A stretch of 62,654 nucleotides of DNA, the filler included, from Diploschistes diacapsis (Eukaryota), in NCBI GenBank assembly GCA_023645945.1. It is 4 parts of 4 records of this genome, joined end to end, with 100 filler letters (N's around TTAATTAATTAA, not from the genome) between each part and the next. Parts side by side here need not be neighbours in the genome. Positions count along the whole stretch, not along the records: positions 1 to 15,652 come from JALAIB010000543.1; positions 15,753 to 31,369 come from JALAIB010000544.1; 2 more parts are not named here. One strand, 5' to 3'. Below are positions 10,556-22,715 of this stretch, piece by piece (the stretch's first letter is position 1; every line of letters begins with the position of its first letter). The position numbers were made by a program, and so were the translations under genes. Below the pieces are notes generated by a model, which did not search any database, had not been told where the DNA came from, and saw nothing but the letters and a program-made list of their open reading frames with translations.

Positions 10556-13401
10556 TTATTCCTTAAATGTGGAAAACCCATAGCCCTGGTGTTTTTTCCC
10601 TGCAGTGACCAAAGATCCCTGGAACCCAAGCACAATCGAGGGCGCAGAACGATAGTGACAGAAACCATCTCTCCGTTTTTCGATCTGCTCTTTAGAGTCT
10701 TCGAAGGAATATCGTTCAACAGTTATCTTGATGGCATCTTGAGGAATTTCTTCTGTGGATTCTATTTGAAACCGTTCAGGTAGTTCGACCTGGACATGGT
10801 ATGCCATCCAGCGTAACATATTTGCATTCCGCAAAGCGGCCGTTCTTCGAGCTCGACAACCAAAATTGTCGATATGATCCTTGAAATTAAAGTTGAGAGA
10901 AGTATTGACAAGCAGCGCAGCGACTTCCTCGTCGCCAGCCATGAGTGCGTAGTGGAGCATGTCATGGCCACCTTTGTCAACAACTGGTCTATAGCAATGC
11001 GCGAAGAGAGGATTTCCACCATTCACCAGCACATGCATAATTTCGCTGTTGCAGCGGCAAGAAGCCTCTCGAAAAGCGCGAACATATTCCATGGCGAACC
11101 CATACCGTGGATTGCTATACTCTTGCCTGTAAGCGAAGAATGGTTTCTTTAATGATGATAGAAGCGAAGTCAAAAGCCGGGAATGTCCGCAAGCAGCCGC
11201 CAATGAGATTACTGTCCATGTCAAGGGCGATTTCCGAACAATTTGAATCCAATCCCCGTCATCGACTTTGTGCGGTAGGAGCGAATCTATATCCACCCCG
11301 TATTCCCGTAGTAGCTCTGATGGAACATGGTCGATTATCCTTTCCTCTCTCCCCTGGAGTGTTGAAACTTGTCCGGGGCTGGTGTGGGCAATATCCAACA
11401 ATAAAACTGAAGTGTCATCAACCAAGTTGGGTAAATGCACGTTGTCTAACAAGTCAAATCGTTGTGTTTTACAGATTCTGCGAAGAAGGAGAGATGCACT
11501 GCTGTTACGAGGTCTCAGCTCAGTTACGGCTCGCGCATCAACTTGCAAAGCTCGCAGGCAGTGATGGTGCCAGTACTCGTCTGCGTAAGCATTGAAAGCC
11601 CCGAACTCCGGCGTCTCCATGAGCCTGCGCTGGCTTTTGAGGAGTTTCTCGAGATCTAACTCTGCTCTGCCGTCCGTTTTCGTCTTTTGCTTTAGCACTA
11701 ACAAAGCTAGGTTCGATATCAGCTTTGCGGTTGGTGAATTTCTATGTGCGTTGATGAGTTGAGAAGGTGATATGGTACTTTCTCTCCTAACCCTGCCGAT
11801 TTGCCGCTCGAAAAAATCAAAGTTCAGGTAAGTAAGGCAAATCTGACCGCAAAGTATCTCCGCAACGTCTTGATGTACCAAAAGTCGCTGCTCCGAGGTA
11901 GACAGAGTTAAGGATTTCGCGCTCGTTGTTATATATTTCTTCACGCTGTGGTGCGTAAAGTGAACAGTCAGATGTTCCTCGTCGCTGATAAGAAGACCTC
12001 GACAAGAATCTATCGCCTTCTGCATGTCATGGATCAAAGCTCCAGGTTCCCAGTGTATGTCACCAGGTTCCACGCTTAAGGCTTCCCGCAACTCGACAAA
12101 ATTCAACGGTCGAAGTGCGGCGCTGATGATGGCGAACATCTTCCTATAGCCCTCGCTAGTCCAAAGATTCGATGCAGATAGCCTTCGAAGAATACGAGCG
12201 AAAGTCTCGGGCAGATCCTTAGGCAGGTCGTCCAGGGCATTTAGGATATGCCGATCAGACGCTTGGGCGCAGACAGCACGGGTTTGGAAAAAGACCCAAA
12301 GATTCAGCATTATCAAACCTGGCAAAGAAGTATGCAGTTAATGAGCTCTCGATTTGTGCCAAATCATCCACAACACTGGCCGAAAGCACAGTCTTTCCTG
12401 AACCCAAACGACCAACAAACCATAGCATGCTGGTTTGCGCCAAAGTCTTCCAGGTAACGTACGCTGCAGATTCAAAGATCCACGAAGAAGTACCGAGTTT
12501 CCGGTCTATCTTCCATGCTTGTATATGGTCGAATTTCGAGCAAGCGTTAAGCAAACGAATGACAAAGAGCTTGCGCTTCCATGAGATAGCTTCACCGAGC
12601 TCGTTATTAACCTGTTCGCGGAAGCAATTTCCAAGTCGGTGAGAATTAGCAGCCTCTCTTCTCTCTAGCGCTTGCGCTTGAGATTCGAAAACTTGGACTT
12701 GCTTTGACGCTACCAAAACTTCTTCTCGGACTGATGATGCCAACAATTGCAGCTGATGCCGATATGTCGCAAATTTAGAATCGAATGGCTTCGCGATTGA
12801 GTGGGAGAGCTGAGAAAGAAAGATTTTCTTGAAGAAGGTCACAGCATGCTTGCATAACCCGACTACAATTACAAAGTAAAGACACATAGCTTTTTGGAGA
12901 CCGAGAGCCTTTGGGAATAACAACCCTAAGTCTAGGTAACGTGGACAAGTCGTCCCAATGGTCATGAAGAGCTCTGTGAGCTTGTCACAATATGAACTAA
13001 AGCTAAACGCGACCTGATAGGGTTAGCACGTAGGCATGGCTGCGAATGGGAAAGATACATACTTGGAGGGAAACTTTGACTACTCCCTATACTGCACTTG
13101 CAAGAAGGTTCTGAGAGCCTCCCACACATAGATCAACCACGGTAGTAAACTGCTGCACCGATTGTAAGAAACTGGCTAACCTGGGGCCTACACAGTGCCT
13201 AGTTTTCCGCAAGCGTCTGTTATCAGGATCAATTTCCGCCGTCCAGCGCATAATATCCTGAACTTCAGGAGGACCCTGCCCCTTGTAAGTCCTCAATTTG
13301 GCCTTCTGGCTGTCATCCAGAACAGCTTCAAACTCAGACAGAGCCTGGGCTAATTGAATCTCGGGCTTCAGAACGGCAGCTTCGGTTATAGCAAGCGCCA
13401 T
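10556..13401 (-). pseudogene. NACHT/STAND (fungal NLR-like) gene with degenerate ankyrin-like C-terminus, disrupted
   Basis: N-terminal helical domain, intron 13062-13014, Walker A GRLGSGKT, winged-helix LWVFFQ..LDDLPKDLPETFARIL and VHFTHHSVKKYI. In-frame TAG at 13087-13089, a frameshift at about 12300, and no Walker B segment. Confidence 0.85.
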
Positions 13402-13855
13402 GATCAGCCTCAGGCACTGTCATGCGTGCTAGCTGCGAAGACATAAGGATTGAACATTTCGTAGCTACTGGCATTCAAGGTTTCATGCAGCAAGAAGCAC
13501 AGTCAAGAGTCGAGTCACGTTTGCAGGGCGACATTCTTCGCTGGAACAAGGCTGAAAAGGCTCGTTCCTTGTCTAGCTTCAAATAAGTCTCCAGTAGGCA
13601 TGAGAAATCTCATACAGCGGTACAGAATAACGATGGCATACACCTCGTAAAACAGTAGGACATCGTGTACATGGCCGCCTGTCCTTTGCAAGGAACTTGG
13701 ATCTCGCCTTGACGTGGGTAGATAGCATCTAACATCGGCCCGATGACTTATGCTAGACTCCGCTTACCTAATCAACAGAGGCCACCTCTGAGCTTAGGAG
13801 CTCACTTGAGCCTATTCGAGTCCTCATCTGAGCCATTGGCGAGAGCGTGGTACTT

Positions 13856-15420
13856 ATGATGATGCTACAGCTATATCGTCTAGCATTCTTATTGCTTGCC
13901 ATTTGCGGGCTTTGCACAGCAGATGTAGGAGCAGAGTCGTCTAGGCAGATCCTCCCAAACATCTTTAAACCGCCTAAGGTTTTCAAGAACACCAACCTGG
14001 TTCGCAATACCAATCTCGAGCGGGCCTACGTTAGAGAGTCCATCAATGTCGTTATAGAGAACATTGACTCCAAGCCGCAGTCGGAGTACTACATCCCCTT
14101 CGACGCGGACACAATAGGCAACCTTGGGGGGCTCGAGGTGCGGGACAAGAAGGATGCTAGTAAGCCGGCATTCAAGATTGAGGCTGTTGAATGGGAGGTA
14201 CAGAGGTGATTTTAACCGTTCGAACCCCGAATCTCGACTGACCTCTAAAGCCCCACTCAATTCTACCGAGTAACTCTCCTCGAGCCTCTCGCACCAAAGG
14301 CCCAACAAACGCTTGCCATATCCTATCACGTCCTCTCCTCGCTCGCAGCTCTCCCAGCTCAGATCGCTCAGAATGATAAGCAGTACCTTCACTACAGGTT
14401 CTCCAGCTACAGTCCTTCCGCCTACGACACCGCCAACCAAAAGACCAAATTGAAGTTTCCTACGGTCGATATTCCCTCTTACACCGGCAAGCCCGAGCGC
14501 CAAGGCTCCACCTACACTTACGGCCCCTACAACGATGTTCCTGCGGGCGCTGAGCAGTTGGAAAGTGTGCGCTACGAGTTCACAAAGCCCGTCATCCACG
14601 CGGGCCTGCTGGAGCGGGATGTGGAGATTAGCCATTGGGGCGGCAACGCCGCGTTTGAAGAGCGCTACTGGCTGACCAACCAAGGCGCGACCCTATCCAA
14701 GCCCTTTTCTCGGCTGCTGTGGCAGCAGACGGCGTACTACAAACCGCCCAGCTCGGCGATCACGGGTCTGCGCATACCGCTAAAAGGAGGGTCGAAGGAT
14801 GCATACTTCATAGACGAGATTGGGAATGTGTCAACGAGCAACTTTAGGACGAACGCCTATGAAGCTGTGCTGGAGTTAAAGCCTAGGTATCCGATCTTCG
14901 GGGGATGGAACTTCCCATTCAAGGTAGGCTGGAATGGGGATGTGAAGAATTTCCTCAGGAAGACGAAGGGAGCGAACACGTACATATTGAACGTGCCTTT
15001 CCTTGACGGACCCAAAATGGCTGAAGGGGTGAGCTACGGCAAGGTCAACGTAAGGGTTATCCTGCCGGAAGGCGCTACGTGAGCCACACAATTACCGCTC
15101 CCATAAGTATATTAATCAAGGTGCTAATTTTATTGCATAGCAACGTCCAGTATCAGACCTCTGTACCGCTCGTTAGAGTGGAGATTTCCTCGCACAAGAC
15201 GTTCATGGATACCCTCGGCCGCACGACGCTCACTCTGTCCGCCTCAAACGTTATCGACGACGCTCGAGATCAGCCGCTGATCGTGACCTACGAATACCCC
15301 TTCATGGCCGGCTTCAGGAAGCCGATTACCATTTTCGCCGGCGTTCTCGCAGTCTTCACGACGGCGTGGGCCATAGGCAATGTCGACACCAGCATCGGAA
15401 GGAAGAAGAAGAAGCAATAG
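13856..15420 (+). CDS. OST1: Oligosaccharyltransferase subunit alpha / ribophorin I, 3 exons (13856-14205, 14251-15078, 15141-15420)
   Basis: Signal peptide, EISHWGGN, YFIDEIGNVSTSNFR, LKPRYPIFGGW, ILPEGA, TFMDTLGRT and a C-terminal TM helix. Canonical introns restore the frame. Confidence 0.95.
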
Positions 15421-15580
15421 GGGCAGCCATTTCCTGGAGCACATCTGTATTATATGACCGCATGCTCGCAAGTTACGAGAAATTATAGATAAAAAACAAC
15501 GTTTGACGTTCCACCCCCCACCGTAACCCCCCTCATGGCTCCAAACACACCACCATTCTTTGCGGCTTCCCAGCGGCCTC

Positions 15581-15652
15581 TTAACCCTTCACCAACCCTC
15601 TAGCCCTGACCCTCTCCTCCTCATCGATCCTCCACTCCACCTCCCCCGCACC
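15581..15652 (-). CDS. Possible 3' end of a gene truncated by the contig edge
   Basis: Open frame GAGEVEWRIDEEERVRARGLVKG* running from the gap; G-rich like other gene 3' ends in this window. No recognisable homology. Confidence 0.25.
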   Translation of the reverse strand, partial: GAGEVEWRIDEEERVRARGLVKG

Positions 15653-15752
15653 NNNNNNNNNNNNNNNNNNNNNNNNNNNNNNNNNNNNNNNNNNNNTTAA
15701 TTAATTAANNNNNNNNNNNNNNNNNNNNNNNNNNNNNNNNNNNNNNNNNNNN
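15653..15752. other. Artificial contig linker N44-TTAATTAATTAA-N44
   Basis: Identical 100-nt spacer occurs three times; TTAATTAATTAA puts stops in all six frames. Confidence 0.97.
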
Positions 15753-15834
15753 CACCATAAGCGGCAGTAAAGAGTTGACTTGTCTCTTTACTGCCGCTTA
15801 TGGTGTACCTAACTACTTTTGGCCTAGTACTGTA
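15753..15834. mobile_element. Foldback/MITE-like element with Tc1/mariner-type terminus, left end lost at contig edge
   Basis: Perfect 22-bp inverted repeat (15753-15774 / 15784-15805) around a 9-nt loop. The right end reads TA-CAGTACTAGGCCAAAAGT on the minus strand, resembling Tc1 CAGT...GGCCAAAA termini with a TA target site. Confidence 0.6.
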
Positions 15835-17401
15835 TTTACGGGATTTTTGATAGATAAATTATTCGGCCCGATTTTCACCGATTAATCGATTAATATTTAA
15901 ATAGTAATCGATTAACCGTTAATCTATCCAAACATGGGTACAAATTCTCCTGCTCAATACTGCAATACTACAAGGTTAGCTACATCAGTTAAATGTAGCA
16001 GCAGAGCCTCATCTTGCCACTCGGACCTTAAGAAATAAAGCATCTTGATGTTCTACTTCTAGGACCGAGTCAGGAACTCTCTTGAACGTCTTTGTCGGAC
16101 TATCGCAGCTTGGGATGCTTAAAGTGCGAGTGACTCTACCAGAGCTCTTCCATTAAAGCCTGGTAGGAGAAATCTTGCAAAGGTTATATTCGCGATACAG
16201 AGCTCTCTCGAGGCCGGATCGCATGTAGTGTTTGCTGGAGTAGGATTGCACAGCGAGTTGAGCAACGACCGTAACAAGGCAGCGGTTATTGCGACCGTCA
16301 GTTTTGGTAGATTACAGACGCTAAGCTCAGTTGCCTCGACAATACAGAGCTACTTAGGTTCGTCTGTAGAGATCCCATAGTATTTTGAGGAACCTACATA
16401 CTTCTCAGCCAGAGTAAACATTATATTTTCTACATCGCGCTTTCTATTGCGCTTTCTCACACCAAAATCCCTCTCCAATTGCTGCTCATATCGCGTTGCA
16501 AAGAACGCTTGAAATCTAAGTATTTGCCTTGCTTGCTGCTCTAGCCACTAACTACGGGCACTATTAATTTCCGCCGCATATTGCGTGTACACCCGATCTT
16601 GCATACTGCCAAGATAACGGTCAGAGTATCCGGGACCCCGTAACAACGTCCTTTTAAAAAAAATACGTACGTTCAGTTGGATTCCGAGGGATGGGATTGA
16701 AAGATACAATAGATACGGAAACCGGGGTATATTGGCAGTTTTGATTTCCTCACCTCCTGGTATCTCAGAGAGCGAAGCAGTCCTGGGTAATCCTGTTGTG
16801 GAAGCATTTTCGATGGGAAGCACTCCAAGTCACGAGGTCTAGGAATTCATCCTACCCTACTGTCATAACGAATTGTAGAGTTATCTATAGATCTTAAAGT
16901 ATGCTCCCGCATGTTCAACACTGGTTCATCCAAGATGCGAACTCGATTTATGATCCGGTGAAGCTCTTGCGACATGGCAATCGGCAGGTAGTTCAAGCTC
17001 AGCGAACACTGCCGGCTACCTTGGAGGCCTACAGCTGCCACTTGTTGTATGAGACAGTAGATAGTCATAATACCCATCTGTTGAGGCCGAACGCCATACA
17101 AGCGGCGAGGATCATATTCGAGGCAGCAAAGGCTTATCCGACTTGGTGAAAGATTATTTGGGGGCCTCGCAGTGACCGCAAGTGCTATTCTAAGCTTATT
17201 TAAGATTCCGACGAGACCGAAGCGAGGGCATTAGTTATCATGAGACGGAAGAAAACAAATAGCCAAGCTTCTCTCTCGCATCGGGCGGCCTTGATGGATT
17301 CCATTACGATTCGACCATAGTAGCGACTTCTTCACCACCACCACCCGCATTTGCTTCAGAGCAAAGGTCTGCCGACCATCCAACGGAAACGTGACAAAAA
17401 C

Positions 17402-19382
17402 ATGGGCAGTAAGTCACAGCGCATCACAACTTGAACCATCACGAAGAAAAGTAACTAACGCTGCATGCGCAGAAACGCATGAGGCGCACGACGAGTCGCC
17501 AGATTCTGATCGAGCTGTTGGCGAATATGGCAACAGCTACGACCCAACCTTCGGTGAGCAAGACAGATCATACGAAGGCCAGTTGAGCAAGGGCGAGGAG
17601 AGGAAGCTCGTCACGAAGATTGATTTTCGCCTGATCCCCGTCCTCAGCGTGCTCTATCTTTTGGCTTTTGTCGACAGGACGAACATTGCGAATGCAGTCG
17701 TCTATGGCCTCACGACAGATCTGGGAGTCGCCAAGGGGTCGAATGATTACAACACTAGTTTGACGCTTTTGTACGTGCATATGTCTCTCCGGAGAATTCC
17801 AGCAATATTAATAATTGATAACCCGCAGTTTTATACTATATATCCTCTGCGAGATACCTTCGAATATCCTCTTGAAGAAATGGAAGCCTCATATCTGGCT
17901 TTCATCCTGCATGTTGCTTTTGTGAGTTGCTGCCCTTCTCCCGGAATGCGGACGAACCCTTCTAATAGCTACATTCAGTGGCATACTCACCATCATTCAG
18001 GGCCTTGTGAGTTCTATAGGGGGACTCTATGTAGTTCGGCTGTTCCTGGGCCTCGCCGAGGTAAGATATTCAACCCAGTAAACCTTAGCCGTGTCTGATC
18101 TGACTTATGTGCAGTCTGGAATGTTCCCTGGGTGTACGTCCTATGCGGTTACCTTCTTGAAAGGTGGCACGGCTAATGCAGACAGGCTTTTATCTGATCG
18201 GCATGTGGTACAAGCGCTCCGAAGCGCAGAAGAGATTCAGCTTCTTCTTCTCATCTGCGTCCCTGGCCGGTGCGTTCTCCGGGCTGCTGGCCGCGGCCCT
18301 TTCGAACATGAACGGCATAAGAGGCTACAAAGCATGGCGGTGGATTTTCATTATTGAAGGCCTGCTCACAGTCGTTGTGGCCTTCTTCTTATTTTCCGCT
18401 ATTCCCGACTTCCCAGAGAACGCAAAGTTTCTCACTGAACGTGAGAGGGCATTCGTCAAGAGCAGGATTGAGGAAGATCAAGGCAAAGGCGCTTTGGAAC
18501 GCCCTATCACCTTTCGGGACGTCATCAAAGTCCTCACGGACTGGAAGGTCAGAGACTAGTTGAATAACAAATCAGTTGCTTGACCTTACAGCGAAGCAGG
18601 TTATCGCGGCCGGATTCATGTACTTTGGCCTCATCGTCCCCGCTTACGGTAAGGACGTCTCGGAGCTCGATGGACAGAACCTGACTGCGGAATAGGGTAT
18701 GCATTTTTTGCGCCTCTCATCCTTCAAGGTTTCGGTCTTAGCCCCGTCCAGACCCAATGTAAGTCACACCGACAGCTCTTGGGAAGCGACAGGCTGAGCT
18801 CTTGAAGTACACTCGGTTCCCCCATGGGCGGCAGCGTTTGGCTTTGCCATGTTCCTGGCTTACTTCTCCGACCTCTTTCGCCACCGATTTGTCTTCATCA
18901 TGATTGCAATATCAGCCTCGCTGTCCGGCTTCGCGGTGATGCTCAGCCCTCTAAGCTACACCATCAAGTACGGCGGCCTGTTCCTGATCGCAGCGGGAAC
19001 GTATACCGCAATGCCCCTCATTGGTGAGTCTGTCATCGAATCCCGACAGACGAGGAGCTGATTCTATGCAGTCTGCTGGTTCAACATGAACCTGGGCGGG
19101 CACCATCGACGGGCGATTGGTAGCGCATGGCAGATCGGGTTCGGGAACATTGGAGGAATCATTGCCACCTATGCCTTTCTCTCCAAAGACGCGCCGAATT
19201 ATGTGCCCGGGTACGCGATCTGCATCGCGTTCGTCTGCCTGAGCGCCATCAGCAGCGTCATCTACCTTGTCGGATGCATCATGGCGAACAGGAGGCGGGA
19301 ATCGGTCACGGACATTGGGCAGACGGAGTGGGAGAAGACGGAGCTGGGCGACTTGAGGGCCGGCTATCGATATATGCTATAA
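17402..19382 (+). CDS. MFS anion:cation symporter family (Dal5/Tna1-like allantoate/nicotinate permease), 10 exons
   Basis: KIDFRLIP..LAFVDRTNIANA, EIPSNILLKK, RLFLGLAESGMFPG, WYKRSEAQKRF, WRWIFIIEG and IGFGNIGG. Nine canonical introns spliced manually keep the frame. Confidence 0.92.
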
Positions 19383-19450
19383 ATGAGATTTAGTTTCGTT
19401 TTGTATTGTATTGTGAATGATGACATTATAAGCGATCCAGGGTTTTCAAT

Positions 19451-19486
19451 GCAGTGCAGTGCAGTGCAGTCGCAGTGCAGTGCAGT
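19451..19486. repeat. (GCAGT)7 imperfect microsatellite downstream of the MFS gene
   Basis: Direct reading. Confidence 0.85.
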
Positions 19487-20298
19487 AGGCTGATGTTGCC
19501 CCGCTCGTGGAAGAGCGATCCAGCCCAGATGGGGGAGCATTATTTGCTGGGCCCCCGTGACACACTTTTCGTACGCCGAGTGTGCATGCCAAGACGATGC
19601 CGTCTCCCAAAAAGGACAGTGCGGCTGGTTCATGTGTTGCAAGACTGACTCAGCTGAGACCAATAGTAATATAATATTATTAATATTAATAGGGAATAGG
19701 GCAGAGGGTGAATGGAGTGAGTACCTTGTAACTTTACTGTAGGCGACATGGAGAGCTGCGGAAACACTCAGAGGGGGCATATCCGCATTACAGAGTGCTA
19801 GACTTAACACCTAGTAGATACATACAGATACTAACTATGAAAAGAATATGAAAAGAATAAGCGATCATCCCCCAGGCGATCTGATGCAGGATTGGTAAAA
19901 GTAAGCTACAAACAAACTACAGGGCGGGGTTGGAGCTCTTGGGAACTTGGATTGGTGCCAAACAGTGACGTCTACAAAAAACCAAGCCAAGCTCCTGTTA
20001 CCTCTACTAGTTATTGCTACGCCTACGACGCTAACTACCACCAGAAACTTGCTCTTCTTCTTTCTTCCTCTTCTGCTTCTTCTTTCTCCAATCTCTCTCC
20101 ACACAGCTTCATAACACTTCACTTCTCCCCACCTCCAGGCGTCATATTACTGCTGCCTTCTCTTGCTTGTCCATACAAGCCTCGACTCCCTCTTCAAAAG
20201 TACTCTCAAGTGTTCGTTGAGCTCTATACCGACATTTGCCTCGCAGCCCAGCCACAGCTAAGTACAGGCAGAACTCTCCACGTACACCAGTAGGCAAG

Positions 20299-21477
20299 AT
20301 GGTTATCGACGAGGAGGCATTCCAGGGCATCATGGCTGCTGTTGCCAAAGCGTCACCGAGCGTTGCCCCCATGGCGACTTTCACTCCTGGGCCCATCCTC
20401 GAGGAGGTTCAGGCCGCCACTAAGGTTGGCAATCGTTCTCTATGGTAAGAGAAGCAACCCATCACCGCTTCTGATGCTTCAATCTCATACTAGAAATTCA
20501 GGGTCGTCTTCGTGATTATGGTCATCTCTTCACTGGCATTCTATGTCATGGCCTACCGTGTTCCGGCTGTAAGTTCTTGGAGGCATCTTTGAACCAGGCT
20601 GCAATCTAACCTTTCCATAGCAAAAGCGTCTCTTCCACATCATCACCGCTTTCATCACCACCTTCGCCGCTATTTCTTACTACTCCATGGCTGTCGGTGA
20701 CGGCATCTACAACAACACCATCACTGTCCGTGAACCAAGCTCCCACGGCATCTCAGACACCTACTTCTATCAGAGCCGTGAAGTCTACTGGGCCCGTTAC
20801 GTCGACTGTAAGCCTCCTTTGGAACCTGTGCTGTGTTTATACTAAGACTATACAGGGAGCGTGACCACCCCCCTTCTGCTTCTCGATCTTGCCTTCCTTG
20901 CTGGTCTGAGCGGTGCCAACATTGTTGTTGCTCTTGTCGCCGATATTATCATGATTCTTACTGGTCTCTTTGCCGGTCTCGCCAAGGATGAGAGCGTTTC
21001 ATGGGGCTACTATGCCATGGCCTGCATTGCCTACCTCGTCGTCGTCTACCAGTTGGCTTTCAACGGCCGTGCTGCTGTTGCCGGCAAGGACCAGAAGACT
21101 GCAACATTCTTTACTTCCATTGCTGGTTTCACTCTTCTGCTCTGGACCGCCTACCCAATGTACGTTGGCCCGCTCAATGTTCTCTCTCAAACTTAGCTGA
21201 CTGGCATCAGCATCTGGGGTATTGCCGACGGTGCTCGCACGCTGAACGTTGATGGTGAAATCATCGCCTATGCTGTTCTCGACGTCCTCGCCAAGCCCGT
21301 CTTCGGGTTCTGGCTTCTCTTCACCCACGATGCCATGTCCTCTTCGTAGGTATAGTAGCTCACACGCTTAGGACAAGACTAACATCATACAGCTCCGTCT
21401 CTCTTGGTGGCTTCTGGGCCCACGGTCTCACCACTGAGGGTGGTATTCGCGTCGGTGATGACGACGAGGGTGCGTAA
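20299..21477 (+). CDS. Fungal type-1 opsin of the Leptosphaeria rhodopsin / NOP-1 clade, 6 exons (20299-20444, 20502-20568, 20621-20807, 20856-21159, 21211-21345, 21393-21477)
   Basis: Spliced helix C WARYVDWSVTTPLLLLDL, helix F LLWTAYPIIWGIADG, helix G LDVLAKPVFG with the retinal-binding Lys (21293-21295), and C-terminal GFWAHGLTTEGGIRVGDDDEGA. Confidence 0.95.
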
Positions 21478-22715
21478 ATACATGTTGCGAATCATGCCAT
21501 GGCAACATTCTTTGGCAAATCCGACACTGAAGGTTGATTAAGTATGGATAGGAAGGGTGTAGGGGGAAGTGGAACGTGTGGTTTGTGGTGGGTGTGTGTG
21601 GTGGGTAGATTGGTGTGAATTGAAGAAATATTGAGGGAACACTCGACTCAAACTTGGCGGTAGCTTGCAGGACGATTATTACTTTTCTACACCGTGGATG
21701 CTGAGAATGTATCATACGAACGGGGGCATGCCTGCATCGAAACCAGAAACGGTGCGAGCCTGAGATGTTTAATCTATAGTGGGTGTTGACATTCTGGTGT
21801 GTAATCAATCAATGGTTCACAAGGGAGAAATAACTGGACGAATGCTAGTCTTTCCGTGTTCGAAAACACACAAATGAACACTCAACAGTTGACCTGAAGC
21901 CCATCTCTCTCTCCATCTCGAGCTTTTTCCTGCGTGGGGGCCATAAAGTGGGGTCCCAGGAGGTACTAACTGGGGTGTGCCAAACCATTCTTTTGATATT
22001 GCCCGGGTATCGTCCTGCACGCATGGCAAAAGTCCTGGAACTGCTGTTGCACCTGAAATAAAAGATGTTCGTGCTGGTTCATGACAATTCATCATTTTTA
22101 TTAAAAGTAATGGTAGCGAGTGAAGCCACGGAAATGCATATCAAAAGAAGCGGTGCAGGTATGAATCTGCCCGTGTGTGTATCTACAAGAAGCCACGCAA
22201 GCAAGCGTGTAATGTAATCCGCCCATCGCAAGGGTGCAAGCAAGTCAGCAACAAGGGCGAGCAGGTAAGCAAGTGACTTTTCCATGACTGCCTGTCCGTC
22301 GTGTATACAGGCAGGGAGGGAGCTCCCGTAATCCGTGGATGAACCAGCTCGTTCGTATTTGCAGATCCTGTCGGTAGGAGCTGTGTGGTTGACGGAGAGC
22401 CCGTTAGAAAGATTGTATTGCGTGTACCTACCACTGTGGGTAAAGCATGCGCGCTTTTGGCTTTTGGCTTGGAGAAATGCTGTGGGATTTTTTCTTCCAT
22501 TGTTTTTTGGGAGCGATGGCGTGTCGTATGGTTGAGTTCGTTCGCTGAGCATGACATATGCGAAGAGGGCGGCCGTTCTGCGGTTAAGGAAAAATACTGT
22601 CGACGTTTTCTCTTGCCTCGGGAACATTATGCCTTTATCGTTCGCCTATACACCTATTAGGAACTGCCCAAGCTACAGAGAGGCAACAAGCGCGTTGTAA
22701 GTAGAGACCCACCCT

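Noticed and set aside
15520..15615. Telomere-like TAACCC variants at a contig end
   Set aside because: Scattered, non-tandem and degenerate; better explained as the C-rich antisense of a gene end.
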